A stretch of DNA of 64,000 bases from assembly GCF_963921235.1 (NCBI RefSeq), contig NC_086108.1, forward strand, positions 96,474,001 to 96,538,000. Direction: 5' to 3'. The DNA is from Mobula hypostoma. Lineage: Eukaryota. Below, in pieces: positions 41,610 through 55,019 of this stretch. The translations under genes were made by a program, and so were the position numbers. Under the pieces are notes generated by a model. The model did not search any database. It was not told where the DNA came from and worked only from the letters and a program-made list of their open reading frames with translations. Each line of letters begins with the position of its first letter. Positions within the stretch are counted from its first letter, which is position 1.

Positions 41610-42200
41610 CTTGAATTGAATTGAACTGAATTTAGTTTTTACATCCTTTACATACATGAGTAAAAATCCTTATTAAATCTCCATCTAAATGTGCAATCAT
41701 AGTAATTTATAATTTATAATAAATAGAACAGTCAATGTAATATAGAGTACACTCAAGTCTGTGTGAGTTCATCAATTTAATAGCCTGGTGGAAGAAGCTG
41801 TCCCGGAGCCTGCTGGTCCTGGCTTTTATGTTGCGGTATCACTTCCTGGATGGTAGCAGCTGGAATAGATCGTGATTGGGATGGCTTGGGTCCCCAATGA
41901 TCCTACGGGCCCTTTTTACACAACTGTCCTTGTAAATGTCCTGAATCATGGGAAGTTCACAACTACACACGCGCTGGGTCCGCACCACTCTCTGCAGAGT
42001 CCTGCAATTAAGGGAGGTACAGTTCCCATACCAGGCAGTGACGCAGCTGGTCAGGATGCTCTCAGTTGTGTCCCTGTAGAAAGTTCTTAGGGTTTGAGGG
42101 CCTATACCAAATCTCCTCAACCATCTGAGGTGAAAGAGGCGCTGTTGTGCCTTTTTCACCACACAGCTCGTGTGTACAGACTACGTAAGGTCCTCGGTGA
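41610..42200 (-). mobile_element. Rex1/Babar LINE 3' fragment with ttgaa repeats at the tail
   Basis: ORF 41839..42162 VKKAQQRLFHLRWLRRFG..ESILTSCVTAWYGN. Confidence 0.88.
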
Positions 42201-42204
42201 TGTT

Positions 42205-42497
42205 TGGATGGCACAGTGGTCTTGCAGTTGAGCACAACGCTATTACAGCTTGGGCCATTCTGGAGTTTGTGGAGTTCAATTCCAGTGCCATCTGTAAGGA
42301 GTATGTACGTTCTCCCCGTGAACTGCATGTGCTTCCTCTGGGCGCTCCAGTTTCCTCTCACAGTCCAAAGACACACCGGTTAGAAAGTTAATTGGTTATT
42401 GTAAATTGTCCTGTGATTAGACTACTGTTAAATAGGTGGATTGCTGGGCAGTGCAGCTTGTTGGGTTGGAAGGACTGCTCCATACTGATCTCTACTA
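42205..42497 (+). mobile_element. tRNA-derived V-domain SINE (HE1-like)
   Basis: A-box-like tggcacagtgg, B-box-like gagttcaattcc, V-domain gctccagtttcctctcacagtccaaagac..taattgg..taaattgtcc. Confidence 0.8.
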
Positions 42498-42839
42498 TAA
42501 GTAAGTAAACAGTGGGACTAAAGAAACCACAGTACTCATCAACTCTTCCATGTTATCTTTAGAGGACCCAGTTTTACATTTAGATGTTTAATGCAAGTAC
42601 TCTTCAGTTGAAAGAGTATTATCAAATTGATACCTCCTTGAGTTGCATTGACCATATGTGATGACACATTGAAGAACTCCACATTTTTTATCTGTATATC
42701 AAGTAATTACAGCTATACTGATACAGTTGAGATTTCCATGATCTGCAAATGATGTCATGGATCTTTGTGTTTGCAATTCCCATTTTTTTTTTTTACCTTT
42801 CCAACCTTTGTATTCTGTAACTACCATCTTGGATATGAC

Positions 42840-44875
42840 CGCCTGGGCCAAGAACCGATTCTAGGACATTGTACCATAGCAAGGTATTTAACTATATGAA
42901 GAGTAACAGGTGGGCTAGGGAGAAAGTAGGACCACTTAGAGACCAGCAGGGCCACCATGTCTCAAACCACAGGTGAGATCTTGAATGACTATTTCTCTTC
43001 AGTGTTTACCAAGAAGAAAATCATGATTGCTTTAGAAATAAGGGAAGTAAGTGCAGATGTTTCAGAGTGCATTCATATTGCCAGGGAATAGGTATTTACA
43101 GCTTTAAAGTACATAGAGGTGGATAAATCCACAGGACCTGACTGAATTTGTCTCAGACTTTGCGGGAGGCTAGAGAAGAAACTGCAGAGCTCCTTGCTGA
43201 GTTATCCGCTTCATCGTTAGCCACTGGTGAAGCTCCTGAATAGTGGAAGGTGGCTAATGTTGTTCCAATGTTTGAGCGTGGCAAGGACAAGCCAGGAGGT
43301 GCAGGGTGGTCAGCCATTCATCTGCTAAGGGGAAATTTATTGGAGGGAATTCTGAGAAACAGGATATACCAGCATCAACAAAATACAGTTAAGGGGAGTC
43401 AGTATAGCTTTGTGTTGGGAAATCGTAATTGACGAACATTTTAGAGTAACCAAAAAGGCAGATAAGAGTAGGGCAGTGGAGTGAGACTTCAGCAAGGCCA
43501 CCAAAAAGGTCCCACATGGTAGGCTGGTCTAAGGAGGACAGATTCCATGGAATCCAGAGAGAATTAGTTAAGTGGATTTAAAAACTGGCTTGGAGGCAGG
43601 AAGCAGAGGGTAGTAGTTTAAGGTTGTTTATCAAAAAATAGAGGCCAGTGACTGGTGTTCTGTAGGGTCAGCACTGGGACTGATAATGTAAATAATTTGG
43701 AAACAAATACATAAGGTTTGATCAGTAAGTTTGTGGAGGACATGAAATTAGGAGCTATCGTTGATAGTGAAAAGAATCATCGTAGATTACAAGATCTTGA
43801 TCAGTCAGGGAAGTGGACTGAGGAATGCCCAATGGATTTCGATAAAGAATTGAGGTGATGGAATTTTGGAAAGTCAAGCTAGTTTAGGATTTATATTGTG
43901 AATGGTGTTGCACTTGGGAGTATAACAGAACTGAGGAACCTAGAAATATAAAAGCAGTTTGTTGAAAACAGTATCACAGGTAGACAGGCTGGTGAAAGTG
44001 GTGTTTAGCATGCTGGCCTTCATTACTCAGGACAAGGAGGATAGGAATAGGGGCGTAGTTTTGCAGTTGTACAAGTCATTGATGAGGCTGCTCTTGCAGT
44101 ACTATGTACAGTTTGGTCACACTTATATGGTAAAGACATGGTTATGTTGGAACCAGTGCAGAAAAGATTTGCAAGGAATTTTTTGGGGAGAGATACAGCA
44201 CAGTAACAAGCCTTTCCACACCAATAAGCCCACGCCACACATTACAAGCATGTGACAAATTAACCTACTAATCTGTACGTCTTTGGAAGGTGGGAGGAAA
44301 CTAGAGGACCTGGAGGAAACCCATGAGTCACATGGAAAACGTATAAACTCCTTTCAGACGGCGGCAGAATTGAACCCGGATCGCTGGTGCAGTAAGAGTT
44401 ATGCTAACGGTTATGCTACTGTGCCTCCTAAATTTGGATGTTGCCAGTCTGAATTATTGAGAAAGGCTGGCCAGCCCAAGTCTTTATTCCTTAGAGTGTA
44501 GTATAATGAGAATGAGGGGTTACCTTCTGGAGGTTTATAAAATCATAAGGGGCATATAGATAAGGTGAATGAAAGTTGTTTCGCCAGGGTAGGGAAGTCC
44601 ATAACTAAGATGGAGCATAGATTTAGGGTAAAGCAGGAAATGATTTAAAAGCATCTAAGAGGCAACTTCGTCCATACAGAGGATAATGAGGGTAGAGCTG
44701 CAGAGAAAATTGTTGAGGCAGATGCAACAGTATCATTTAAGGAGCACTTCGATTGGTACATGTAGGGGCAAGACTTAGAGGGATGTGGGCTGAACATAGT
44801 AAATTGTGATTAGCTGGGTGGGCACTTGTTGGGCCACAGGGTCTGATTCTGTGCTGTACTGCTCTATGACTCTAT
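42840..44875 (+). mobile_element. Old CR1 LINE RT fragment, interrupted by a SINE
   Basis: ORFs 43250 (ANVVPMF) and 43959 (MLAFI..VVLQLYKSLMR); tail tgctctatgactcta. Confidence 0.85.
44188..44425 (-). mobile_element. tRNA-derived V-domain SINE (HE1-like) inserted in a CR1
   Basis: Reverse complement reads ggcacagtagcat..gggttcaattc..tgggtttcctccaggtcctctagtttcctcccaccttccaaagac. Confidence 0.8.
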
Positions 44876-45686
44876 AATTTCAGAAAAAAAATTTATTCAT
44901 GTGTAAGTCTCTGTTCAGGGAACATGGTATCATTTTAAAAAATGGCTATCGAGAAGAGGTCATTGACATTTGCAAAGCGATACTTGTCCTTCAATGGCAT
45001 GTTGTATTTCTGTAGTTCATTCAGAAATTGCTCCACAAAATATCTATTCAAGATGTCTTCAGCTAGACCACTTCCTCCCAGATCTTTAATGTCAGCTCTG
45101 TTCTTTTATAGTCCATCATAGCATTTGTTGAGGATATTTGAATCAAGTAGCCAGCAGTGACTGAACTCAGCTCTCATTCTGTGAGTTACTTGACCAGAAA
45201 TTGGTCCCACAGGATGCTTCAATGAAGGTTCATTTGGAATTTAAAGTTGCTTTCTATCTCAACTGAACTTCAATGTATGCACCTATGGAGTTTAAACCAA
45301 CTTCAATGGCATTTCCACATTGGAAGTACATTACTGTACCTGACTTAAATCATCTCAACTTCATGTCCTTCATATTTCAGGATTACCATGTCCAAAAGAT
45401 TCATGGGTGACTTTAGACACATTACATTGTAATTATTCCCTTGATGTGAAGAACATCTTATGGATTTCATATATGAATACATCAGGGTTTTATTTACACA
45501 CCTGCTGTTTTCAAATGACTTAATTTTTTATTCATAGATTAACAATCTGTACAATCTCTCTACCCTTAACTGCTTTTTGTGACTTGAAACTCATGCTTTC
45601 GGTCAACAAAAATATCAACTTCTTTCGCTCTCCTTGCACGTTGTGAGATCTGATTAACTCAAGTATTTTCTGATTTTAGATAGATT

Positions 45687-47261
45687 CAGTGGTGTTAGAA
45701 AGTTTGTGAATCGTGTAGAATTTTCTCCATTTCTGCATAAATATAACCTAAAGTGTGATCAGATCTGTGCGCAAGTCCTAAAACTAGGTAAAAAGAACCA
45801 AATTAAATAAATAACACAAAAAACATTATACTTGTTCATTTTTTCATTCAGAAAAATGATCCAGTATTATATGTATTTGTTGGAAAAAGTATGTGAACCT
45901 TTGCTTTCAGTAACTGGTGTGACTGCCCCCCCCACCCCTGCCGTACAGCAATAACTTCAACCAAACGTTTCCAGTAACTGTTGATCAGTACTGCACATCG
46001 GCTTTGAGGAATTTTAGGCCATTCCTCCTTACAAAACTGCTTCAACTCTGGGATGTTGGTGGGCTTCCTCATATGAACCGCTTGCTTCAAATCCTCCCAC
46101 GAAATTTCTATAGGATTAAGGTTAGGACTTTGACTCCTCCATTCTAAAACACATATTCTCTTCTTTTTACACCATTCTGATATTGATTTACTCTTGTCTT
46201 TCAGATCATTGTCTTGTTGCATTATCCAGCTTCTATTAAGCTTCAGGTGATGGACTGCTACCTTGACATTCTCCTGTAAAATGCTTTGATACGATTTTGA
46301 ATTCATTGTTTCCTCAACAATTGCAAGCTGTCCAGGCCCTGAGGCAGCAAAGCAGCTCCAAACAATGATTCTCCTTCCATCATGGTTCACAGCTGGGATG
46401 AGGTTTTGGTGTTGGTGTGCAATGCCTTTTTTCCTTCGAACATAGCAATGTGCATTTCTGCCAAAAGGTTCAAGTTTTGTCTCGTCTGTCCACAGAATAT
46501 TGTTCCCAGAAGCATTGTAAAACATCCAAGTGGTCTTTTGCAAACTTGAGATATACGGCGATGTTTTTTTTTGGAGAGTAGTGGTTCCCACAGTGGTGTC
46601 TTTCCATGGGCGCCATTCTGTTCAGTGTTTTTCTTATAGTGGACACATGAACGGAGAATTTAACAAATTTTAGAGATTTCTTTTGGTCTTTTTGCTGTTA
46701 CCCTTGGGTTCTTTTTCACTTCCTTCAGCATTGCACATTATGCTCTTGATGTGATCTTTACAGGATGCCCACTCCTAGGGAGAATAGCAACAGTACCAAG
46801 TTTCATCAATTTATAGACAATTTCTCTACTGTGGACTGACCTCTACAATTCTTCTTCCAAGGTCCTCTGAAAGTTGTTTTGATCAAGGCACAGTGCACAT
46901 AAACAGATCCTTTCTTAGAACTGAAGACTCTGTTAGTAACCTGACTTTGTGTCTTTTTTATAGGGCAGGTCACCTCAACCTATACCTCCAATTTCATCTC
47001 ATTGATTGGAACACCTGACTCCAAATAGCTTTTGTAGAAAGCATTACCCCAGAGGTTCACATATTTTTTCCAACAAATACATGTAATATTGGATCATTTT
47101 TCCAAATTAATAAACAAATATAATGTTTTTGTGTTATTTATGAAATTGGGTTCTCTTCATCTAGTTTTAGGACTTACGTGAAGATTTGATCACATTTTAG
47201 GTCACACTTCAGCAGAAATAGAGAAAATTCTACAGCGTTCACAAACTTTCTAGCATCACTG
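45687..47261 (-). mobile_element. Tc1-family DNA transposon, 1575 bp, with long (about 215 bp) IR/DR-type inverted repeats and a defective transposase
   Basis: Ends cagtggtgttagaaagtttgtgaa / ttcacaaactttctagcatcactg|TA; ORF 45848..46591 has WTDET, QQDND and LNPIE (DDE triad); inner repeats gaaaaagtatgtgaacc / ggttcacatattttttc. Confidence 0.95.
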
Positions 47262-47264
47262 TAG

Positions 47265-48130
47265 ATTCTTTATTGATCCCAAATGAAATTACAGTGTCAC
47301 AGTAGCATTATAAGTGCACAGATATACAACTATTTTAAGAGAAGAAAGAATATAAAATAAGTTACCTCAAGCAGTCTAACAGGAAGGGATCTTCACTTCC
47401 CCAGCTATAGGTTGTCTCATTATGGCCGAGGGCAAGAATGACCTCACATAGTACTCTTTGGAGTAGCACAGTTGTCTTGTCTTAGTCTATTACTAAAAGT
47501 GCTCTTCTAAAAGTGCCAAAGTAAGATACAGAGGGTGAGAAACATTGTCCAGAATTGCCAGGATTTTCCCAAGGGTCATTTGTTCTACCACAGCTTCCAG
47601 TTGACTCCAATAACAGAGCCAGCCTTTCTAATCAGCTTATTGAGCCCGTTGGCATCACCTGTGCTGATGCCACTGCCCCAGCACACCACCGCATAGGAAG
47701 TTGTACTAGTGACAACAGACTGGTAGAACATGTGAAGGAGAGGCCTGCATACTCCAAAGGACCTCAGTCTCCTCAGGAAGTAGAGGCGATTCTGGCCCTT
47801 CTTGTACACAGCCTCTCTGTTGGTGATCCACTCAAGTCTGTCATCCAGGTGTATCCCCAGGTACTTGTACGTCCTCACCACATCCACATCCTCACCATCA
47901 ATAGTAACAGGGACCAGTGCAGGCTTAGTCTTCCTAAAGTCTATCACCATCTCCTTTGTCTTACAGATGTTGAGCTGCAGATGATTCAATTTGCACCATT
48001 TGACAAAGTCCTCTGCTAGGGCCCGGTCGGTATTCATCTTCCTGTCCTCCTTTTATAGACCAAAATTGCTGAGTCATCAGAGAGTTTCTGCAGATGACAT
48101 GACTCAGTGTTGTATCTAAAGTCCAAGTTA
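47265..48130 (-). mobile_element. Rex1/Babar-type LINE 3' fragment
   Basis: ORF 47585..48037 WCKLNHLQLNICKTKEMVIDFR..YKYLGIHLD..KKGQNRLYFLRRL. Confidence 0.9.
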
Positions 48131-49059
48131 TAGACAATAGATGCAGCAGTAGGCCATTCAGCCCTTCGAGCCAGCACCACCATTCACTGTGATCATGGCT
48201 GATCATCCACAATCAGAACCCTTTTCCTGCCTTCGCCCCATATCTCTTCACTCCGCTATCTTTAAGAGCTCTATCTAACTCTTTTTTGAAAGAATCCAGA
48301 GAATTGGCCTCCACTGCCTTCTGAGGCAAAGCATTCCACAGAACTACAAACCTCTGTGTGAAAAAGCTTTTCCTCAACTCCGTTCTAAATTGTCTACCCC
48401 TTATTCTTAAACTGTGGCCTCTGGTTCTGGACTCCACCAACATCGGGAACATGTTTCCTGACTCTAATGTGTCCAATCCTTTAATAATCTTATATGTTTC
48501 AATCAGATCCCCTCTCATCCTTCTAAATTCCAGTGTATACAACCCCAGTCGCTCCAATCTTTCAACATATGACAGACCCTCCATCCTGGGAATTAACCTC
48601 ATGAACCTACGCTGCACTCCCTCAATAACTAGAACGTCCTTCCTCAAACTTGGAGACAAAAATTCTACACAATATTCCGGGTGTGGTCTCACCAGGGCCC
48701 TGTACAACTGCAGAAGGACCTCTTTGCTCCTATACTCAATTCCCCTTGTTATGAAGGCCAGCATGCCATTAGCTTTCTTCACTGCCTGCTGTACCTGCAT
48801 GCTTACTTTCAGTGACTGGTGACCAAGGACCTAGATCTCGTTGTACTTTCCCTTTACCGAACTTGACACCATTCAGATAGTAATCGGCCTTCCTGTTCTT
48901 GCCACCAAAGTGGCTAACCTCACATTTATCCACATTAAACTGCATCTGTCCACTCACCCAACCTGTCCAAGTCACCCCGCATTCTCATAACATCCTCCTC
49001 ACATTTCACACTGCCACCCAGCTTTGTGTCATCTGCAAATTTGCTAATGTTACTTTTAA
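48131..49059 (-). mobile_element. CR1 LINE 3' fragment, same subfamily as the copy starting at 55727
   Basis: ORFs 48213..48800 and 48769..48975; tail tagacaataga. Confidence 0.95.
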
Positions 49060-49261
49060 TACAGGATAAACAGGAAGGAAGCCAATACAGAAATATTATT
49101 TCTGATTTCAAGAATCTTTAGTTTTTTTTACAACATCACTTGCCACAGTAAATACCAAATAAACATCCTCATGGTGCCCTGCTCAGTCCAATCATCTGGT
49201 TTTGTGCTTTAATGTAAATTGAAAGACATCAAAGAATCCGAAAGCAGAAGAAATAACTTAC

Positions 49262-49370
49262 TTGCAAGTTTGTAAACACGTTTGTTTTCTTTACCAGAAT
49301 CATTCTTCGGTTGTCCATTTTGATGCAAACTGAAAGAATCATTTGATAAGCTTTCCAAGGTTGCCATCAT
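49262..49370 (-). CDS. CDC7: CDC7 first coding exon (MMATLESLSNDSFSLHQNGQPKNDSGKENKRVYKLA, ends phase 1); exon acceptor at 49380-49381, 9 nt of 5' UTR
   Basis: Minus strand reads tttttttgcag|AAGGCTACCATGATG...CTTGCAA|gtaagt; good Kozak context (ACCATG); ends YKLA like vertebrate CDC7 FKLA; phase joins the next exon in frame. Confidence 0.85.
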
Positions 49371-49539
49371 GGTAGCCTTCTGCAAAAAAAAAGCAAAGCA
49401 TATTGACAATTAGAAACAAATGGATCAACACAGAAGGAAACCAGAATTGCTCTTTTAAAGTCTTGGACAGTTTTACACCATAGGAGGATCTATGTTCCAG
49501 TCAGAGACCCTGAAAGAACAATTAATTTTCTCAGGATGA

Positions 49540-50703
49540 GGCTTTCCATTCCAGAACAATGGAGAAGTCCTCCTTCAAAGAAAAGGGCTTCCCTTTCTCC
49601 ACCATCAACACTGCCCTCAACCACAACTCTTCCATTTCACTTGTCTGCTCTCACCCTACCCTCCTGCCACCCTACCAGGAATAGGGTTCCTCTTGTCCTC
49701 ACCTAGCAACCACCAGCCTCCATGTCCAGCACAAAATTCTCTACAACTTCCGCCATCTCCAAAAGGATCCCACCACCAAGCACATCTTTCCCTCCTCTCC
49801 ACTTTCTGCCTTCCACAGTGATTGCTCTGTGTGTGACTCTCTTGTCCATTCATCTCTCCCCATTGAGTTTCTTTCTGGCACTTATCCTTGCGAGCAGAAC
49901 AAGTATTACACTTGCCCCTACACCTCCTCCCTCACTAGCATTCAGGACCCCAAACAGTCCTTCCAGGTGAGGCGACACTTCATTTCTGAGTCTGTTGGGG
50001 TCATATACTGTGTCCGGTGCTCCCTGTGTGGTCTCCTGTATATCGGTGAGACCCAACGTAGATTGAGAGACCGCTTTGCCGAGCACCTGAGCTCCGTCCA
50101 CCAGAAAAAGCAAGATCTCCCAGCAGCCACCTATTTTAATTCCACTTCCCATTCCCAATCTGATACGTCTATCCACGGCCTCTTCTACTGTTGTGATGAG
50201 GCCACACTTAGGTTGGAGGAACAACATGACCGGGAAGCCTCCAACCTGAAGGCATAAACATCGATTTCTCGAATTTCCGGTAAAGCCCTCCCCACCTCTC
50301 CTTCACTATTCCCCATGCTCTTTTCCCTCTCTCACCTTTATCTCTTTGCCTGCCCATCGCCTCCGTCTGGTGCTCCTCCCCCTTTTCTTTCTTCCATGGC
50401 CTTCTGTCCTCTCCTACCAGACTTCCCCTTCTCCAGCCCTGTATCTCCTTCACCAATCAACTTCCCAGCTCTTTAATTCATCTCTCCTCTTTCAGGTCTC
50501 ACCCATCACCTTGTGTTTCTCTCTCCCCTCCTGCACCTTTTAAATCTACTCCTCAGCTCTTTTTCTCCAGGCCTGCCGAAAGGTCTTGGACCGAAACGTT
50601 GACTGTACTCTTTTCCATAGATACTGCCTGGTCTGCTGAGATCCTCCAGCATTTTGTATGTGTTGCTTGGATTTCCAGCATATGCAGATTTTCTCTTGTT
50701 TGT
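49540..50703 (+). mobile_element. Penelope-like element 3' part with GIY-YIG endonuclease relic and terminal repeat
   Basis: ORF 49829..50257 VIYCVRCSLCGLLYIGETQRRLRDRFAEHL; degenerate hammerhead at 50568-50605. Confidence 0.92.
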
Positions 50704-52300
50704 AATTCATGCTGCCCCACACATTCCTCTTCTCTCTTCCCATGAGCAGCATTAATTTTCCAATGATTCTGAAAGTCATTTATTCAGAAACGTGTTGAAT
50801 TCTTACATATTTAAAATTTTGCTACTGTGTCTAGGAAGAATATTTTCACATAGCAGAGGATACATTAACTGCTGAAGTTCACCCTCACCAATTTTGGTTT
50901 GGAAAAAGAACAGAAACAACACCACTAAAGATAAAGAATAGTATAATTCCATTGATCATTTTCCATTCAATTTGATTTTTAATTTCCCTTATCATTCACG
51001 TGGCAATAACTTTATGAATAGGAGGATCTAAGAGAATGGAGACAAAATGCACCAAACAGCATTAGGCTGCAATCAAAGTTTCTCAAGGTTATTTTTCCAC
51101 AAGCATACAACTACTTCACCTACTTATTGCTTACATACAATCTGACAGATGGAAGAGCATATCTGAATCAATTCTTAGCAGTAAAACCTTTAGGACTGTT
51201 GAACACTCCATCTGGCTCGCATTGTTGCAAGTTTATATTCAAAAGAGCTACTGACATACGATCACCATAATCCAGAGTAAAAATTGTGGGGCTCTCCATG
51301 ATCCGTGTGTGTTGACAAGAACAAGAAAATGAAATCAAATCTAAACTACTCTGTCAGCACAAAATAACTCTGGTTCATTAATTAATGCATTCAAAACCAC
51401 AGTTCAAACCCACCAATGTCATAATCTCACTCAGAAGCCACAGGATAACTGGTTTAGGAAATGGAGAATGTCATCAAGTTTGCTCTAGGCATATTATTGA
51501 TATATGTACATAGGCATGTATATTATGCATGCGGAATATAGCAGAGAATATAATATAGTATAGTAGTGAAAATGACGCACTCATTCTACCCAAGCACCGT
51601 GGCTGAAATTCCCACAAGTCCTAATTACAGCATTTGTTGTGAAACAAAAATCAAGATTTGGGATAACTGAACAGCCTTCAAAAACGGCAACAGTGCAACA
51701 TATCTCCTCTACATTCCTTGGGAAATGATCCAAATCCTCAAAACCCATGAGAAGTTTTCCTTCAAGACCAAAAAACAACAGAAGCATTGCACATTCTCAA
51801 CACTTAACTTTTGCCTTCCTATACCATCTCTGAACAATTTTCTTTGGCAAGAAACTAGGTTGAATGCGTGCCAATGAAAAGAAAGAACTTCTTAAGCAAC
51901 TTTTTTTTTCTAAAACAAAATAAACTTGCCTTCATCTACTCTGCTTTGGACATGTTTGATTAAAGAAATCTTGAACAAAAAAAAACTACCACATATCATA
52001 AGGAAATGCAGTGACTTAAGACACCAGTATGTATGTATGGTTTTTCTTGGAGTGGTACACCAGTTCAGCTCTCAACATCCCTTGAAAAAAAATCATAAGA
52101 ATTAAAATCGACAGGGACAAGGAAGCTGGTGCAAGCTGAGTAATGGAAACGTAGCTGAGCAATACTAGAAAATTCCAGCATGGGGAAAAGACTAGAGTCA
52201 GGTCAGAACAAAAGTAATGCAAAAGGATAAACTTAAAAAGATCCTTCAGTTGAAAGAAGAGGATCAGAGGAGCATAAATTGATGACAAAAGAGCTGCAGT

Positions 52301-53330
52301 TGAATCAGAATCAGGTTTATTATCACTGGCATGTGATGTGAAATCTGTTAACTTAGCAGCAGCAGTTCAATGTAATACATAATCTAGCAGAGAGAAAAAA
52401 TAATAAATAAAATAAAAATAATAATAAGTAAATCAATTACGTATATTGAATAGATTTGCAAAATGTGCAAAAACAGAAATACTGTATATTAAAAAAAAGT
52501 GAGTTAGTGTCCAAAGATGCAATGTTCGTTTAGGAATCAGATGGCAGAGGGGAAGAAGCTGTTCCTGAATCACTGAGTAGGTGCCTTCAGGCTTCTGTAC
52601 CTCCTACCTGATGGTAACAGTGAGAAAAGGGCATGCCCTGGGTGCTGGAGGTCCTTAATAATAGATGCTGCCTTTCTGAGACACCGCTCCCTGAAGATGT
52701 CCTGGGTACTTTGTAGGCTAGTACCCAAGATGGAGCCAACTAAATTTACAACCTTCTGCAGCTTCTTTTGGTCCTGTACAGTAGCCCCTCCATACCAGAC
52801 AGTGCTCCATACCTGTCAGAATGCTCTCCACAGTACAACTATAGGAGTTTTTGAGTGTATTTGTTGACATGCCAAATCTCTTCAAACTCCTAATGAAGTA
52901 TAGCCACTGTCTTGCCTTCTTTTATAACTACATCGATATGTTGGGACCAGGTTAGATCCTCAAGAGATCTTGACACCCAGGAACTTGAAGCTGCTCACTC
53001 TCTCCACTTCTGATCCCTCTATGAGGACTGGTATGCTTTCCTTCGTCTTACCCTTCCTTAAGTCTACAATCAGCTCTTTCATCTTACTGGCGCTGAGTGC
53101 CAGTTTGTTGCTGTGACACCACTCCACTAGTTGGCATATCTCACTCCTGTACACCCTCTCATCACCATCTGAGATTCTACCAACAATGGTTGTATTGTCA
53201 GCAAATTTATAGATGGTATTTGAGCTATGCCTAGCCAAAGTCATGTGTATATAGAGAGTAGAGCAATGGGCTAAGCACGCACCCGAGGTGTGCCAGTGTT
53301 CATCATCAGCGAGGAGGATATGTTATCACC
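52301..53330 (-). mobile_element. Rex1/Babar LINE fragment with gaatca repeats at the tail
   Basis: ORF 52960..53244 IYKFADNTTIVGRI..LVEWCHSNKLAL..FKFLGV. Confidence 0.9.
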
Positions 53331-53969
53331 AATTGAATGAGAGTATAAGCACAGATTAATTCTAGTTTCTTCTTTCGTTCATTCTTCTTCAATGAAGTAT
53401 TTTGAATAATTCTACCAAAAATACAGATGGAAAAGAATGGATCACAGCAGGAGTTAAACCACACACATTGGATCTTGGCAACAGGTTCATACACAAGTTT
53501 AATTAAAATGCTGCACATCAGATAGCTATCTATATTTCTAGAGAAATTACTACATAGAAAAAGTTGGCATAGAACAGTGGACACCATATCAGTGACATGA
53601 GGGTGAGTGAAAGAGGAACAGGGACAAGATTGGGCAAATACGGTCACCAATGATTCCTTTAAGAGAGGAATGAAGAAACCTACAGAGGGGGCACTTTGGA
53701 GACCAAAACCAAAGTGAACTGAAGAACAAGAAAAATAAGAATTGAGGAAAGACAAAGCCAGAAGATGCAGTGAACAGCACGATGGGCTGTCTCAGAACAA
53801 AAGTGAAATTATGAGTCTTAGAAATCCATCAACTAAGATTATAAGAAACCACTAAATTAATACACGGTTCACAAATCAATTCAAGTGTACGGGTTTAGAA
53901 AGATCTGTGTATACATATGAATGTACAAAACAATTAAAAGACCATCAAATCTATACTCAGCCAAATAGA

Positions 53970-54512
53970 ATAGAATCAGTGACATACAATGTGAAGTTAG
54001 CTTTGTGGCCCCAGAACAGTGTAAAGACAAAAAAAAACAATCAACTATAAAAATAAACAGTACAATGAAAGGAATAACCAAGTAACATTCATGGCTTCGT
54101 GGACTGGTTTGAAAATCTAACGCCAGAGGGAAAGATGAAGTTTCTAAATCAGAGTGTGGGTTTTCAGACTCTTATACCTCCTCCATGATCATAGGAAAAA
54201 GAGGGCTTGGTACAGAGGGTGAGGGTCCTCAATGATAAATGCTGCCATCTGTCCCTTCAAGATGTCAGCAACTGTGGGGAGGCTTGTAACCGTAATAGAA
54301 CTGGCTGAATCTACAACACTCTGCAGTCTCTTGCAATTCTATGCATTGGAGGATACATACCAGGAGGTGATGCAACTAGTCAGAATGCTCTCCGTTGTAC
54401 ATCTGTAGAAATTTTTAGTCTTCAGTGATATACCAAATCTCCCCAAACTCCTAACGAAGCCTCCTTTGGGATTGAATTGGTGTGTTGAGTCCAGGATAGG
54501 TCCTCTGAGATG
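53970..54512 (-). mobile_element. Decayed Rex1/Babar LINE 3' fragment
   Basis: Collinear with 52540-52960 (gtcagaatgctctcc, ccaaatctc..caaactcctaa). Confidence 0.7.
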
Positions 54513-55019
54513 CGTTAATATTACTTTATTTTTGTGTGTGACACATGTACTGTGTCCTGCAAACTAGTCCCAGAGGAACCTTGTTTTGCTTAGCTGTGTA
54601 CATGTGCATGGCTGAATACAATAAATTTGAACTGGCTTTTTCTCCTTGAATAATGATCCACTTTCCCTGGCTTTATTTGTTACCTTGAAAATGTATAAGC
54701 GAGTGACATGAACAAGCCAGTATTTCTTTAGCCAAGTACATAAAAAGCAACTTGTTCTCATTACACGGCACCTTATGCATATAGTACCTTTTAAGTCACC
54801 TACCATAGTTCCCTGCAGCACTTCTGTAGCACATGAACAGCTTTTTAATTACACTTTTACCAATCTTTCCTCAGCTTTAACGTCTCCTTTTATGACACCT
54901 GGACAGGTAAATGGAGCTCAGAAAAATAGAGGGCTATGGGTAATCTTAGGTAATTTCTGAGGTAAGGACATGTTTGGCACAGCTTTATGGGCTGAAGGGC
55001 CTGTATTGTGCTGTTGGTT

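Noticed and set aside
42205..42290. tRNA-like A and B boxes
   Set aside because: Head of a SINE followed by a V-domain; no complete cloverleaf
53306..53755. 149-aa ORF in non-repeat sequence
   Set aside because: No recognisable domain, F/S/C-rich composition from the purine-rich opposite strand, and no convincing exon context
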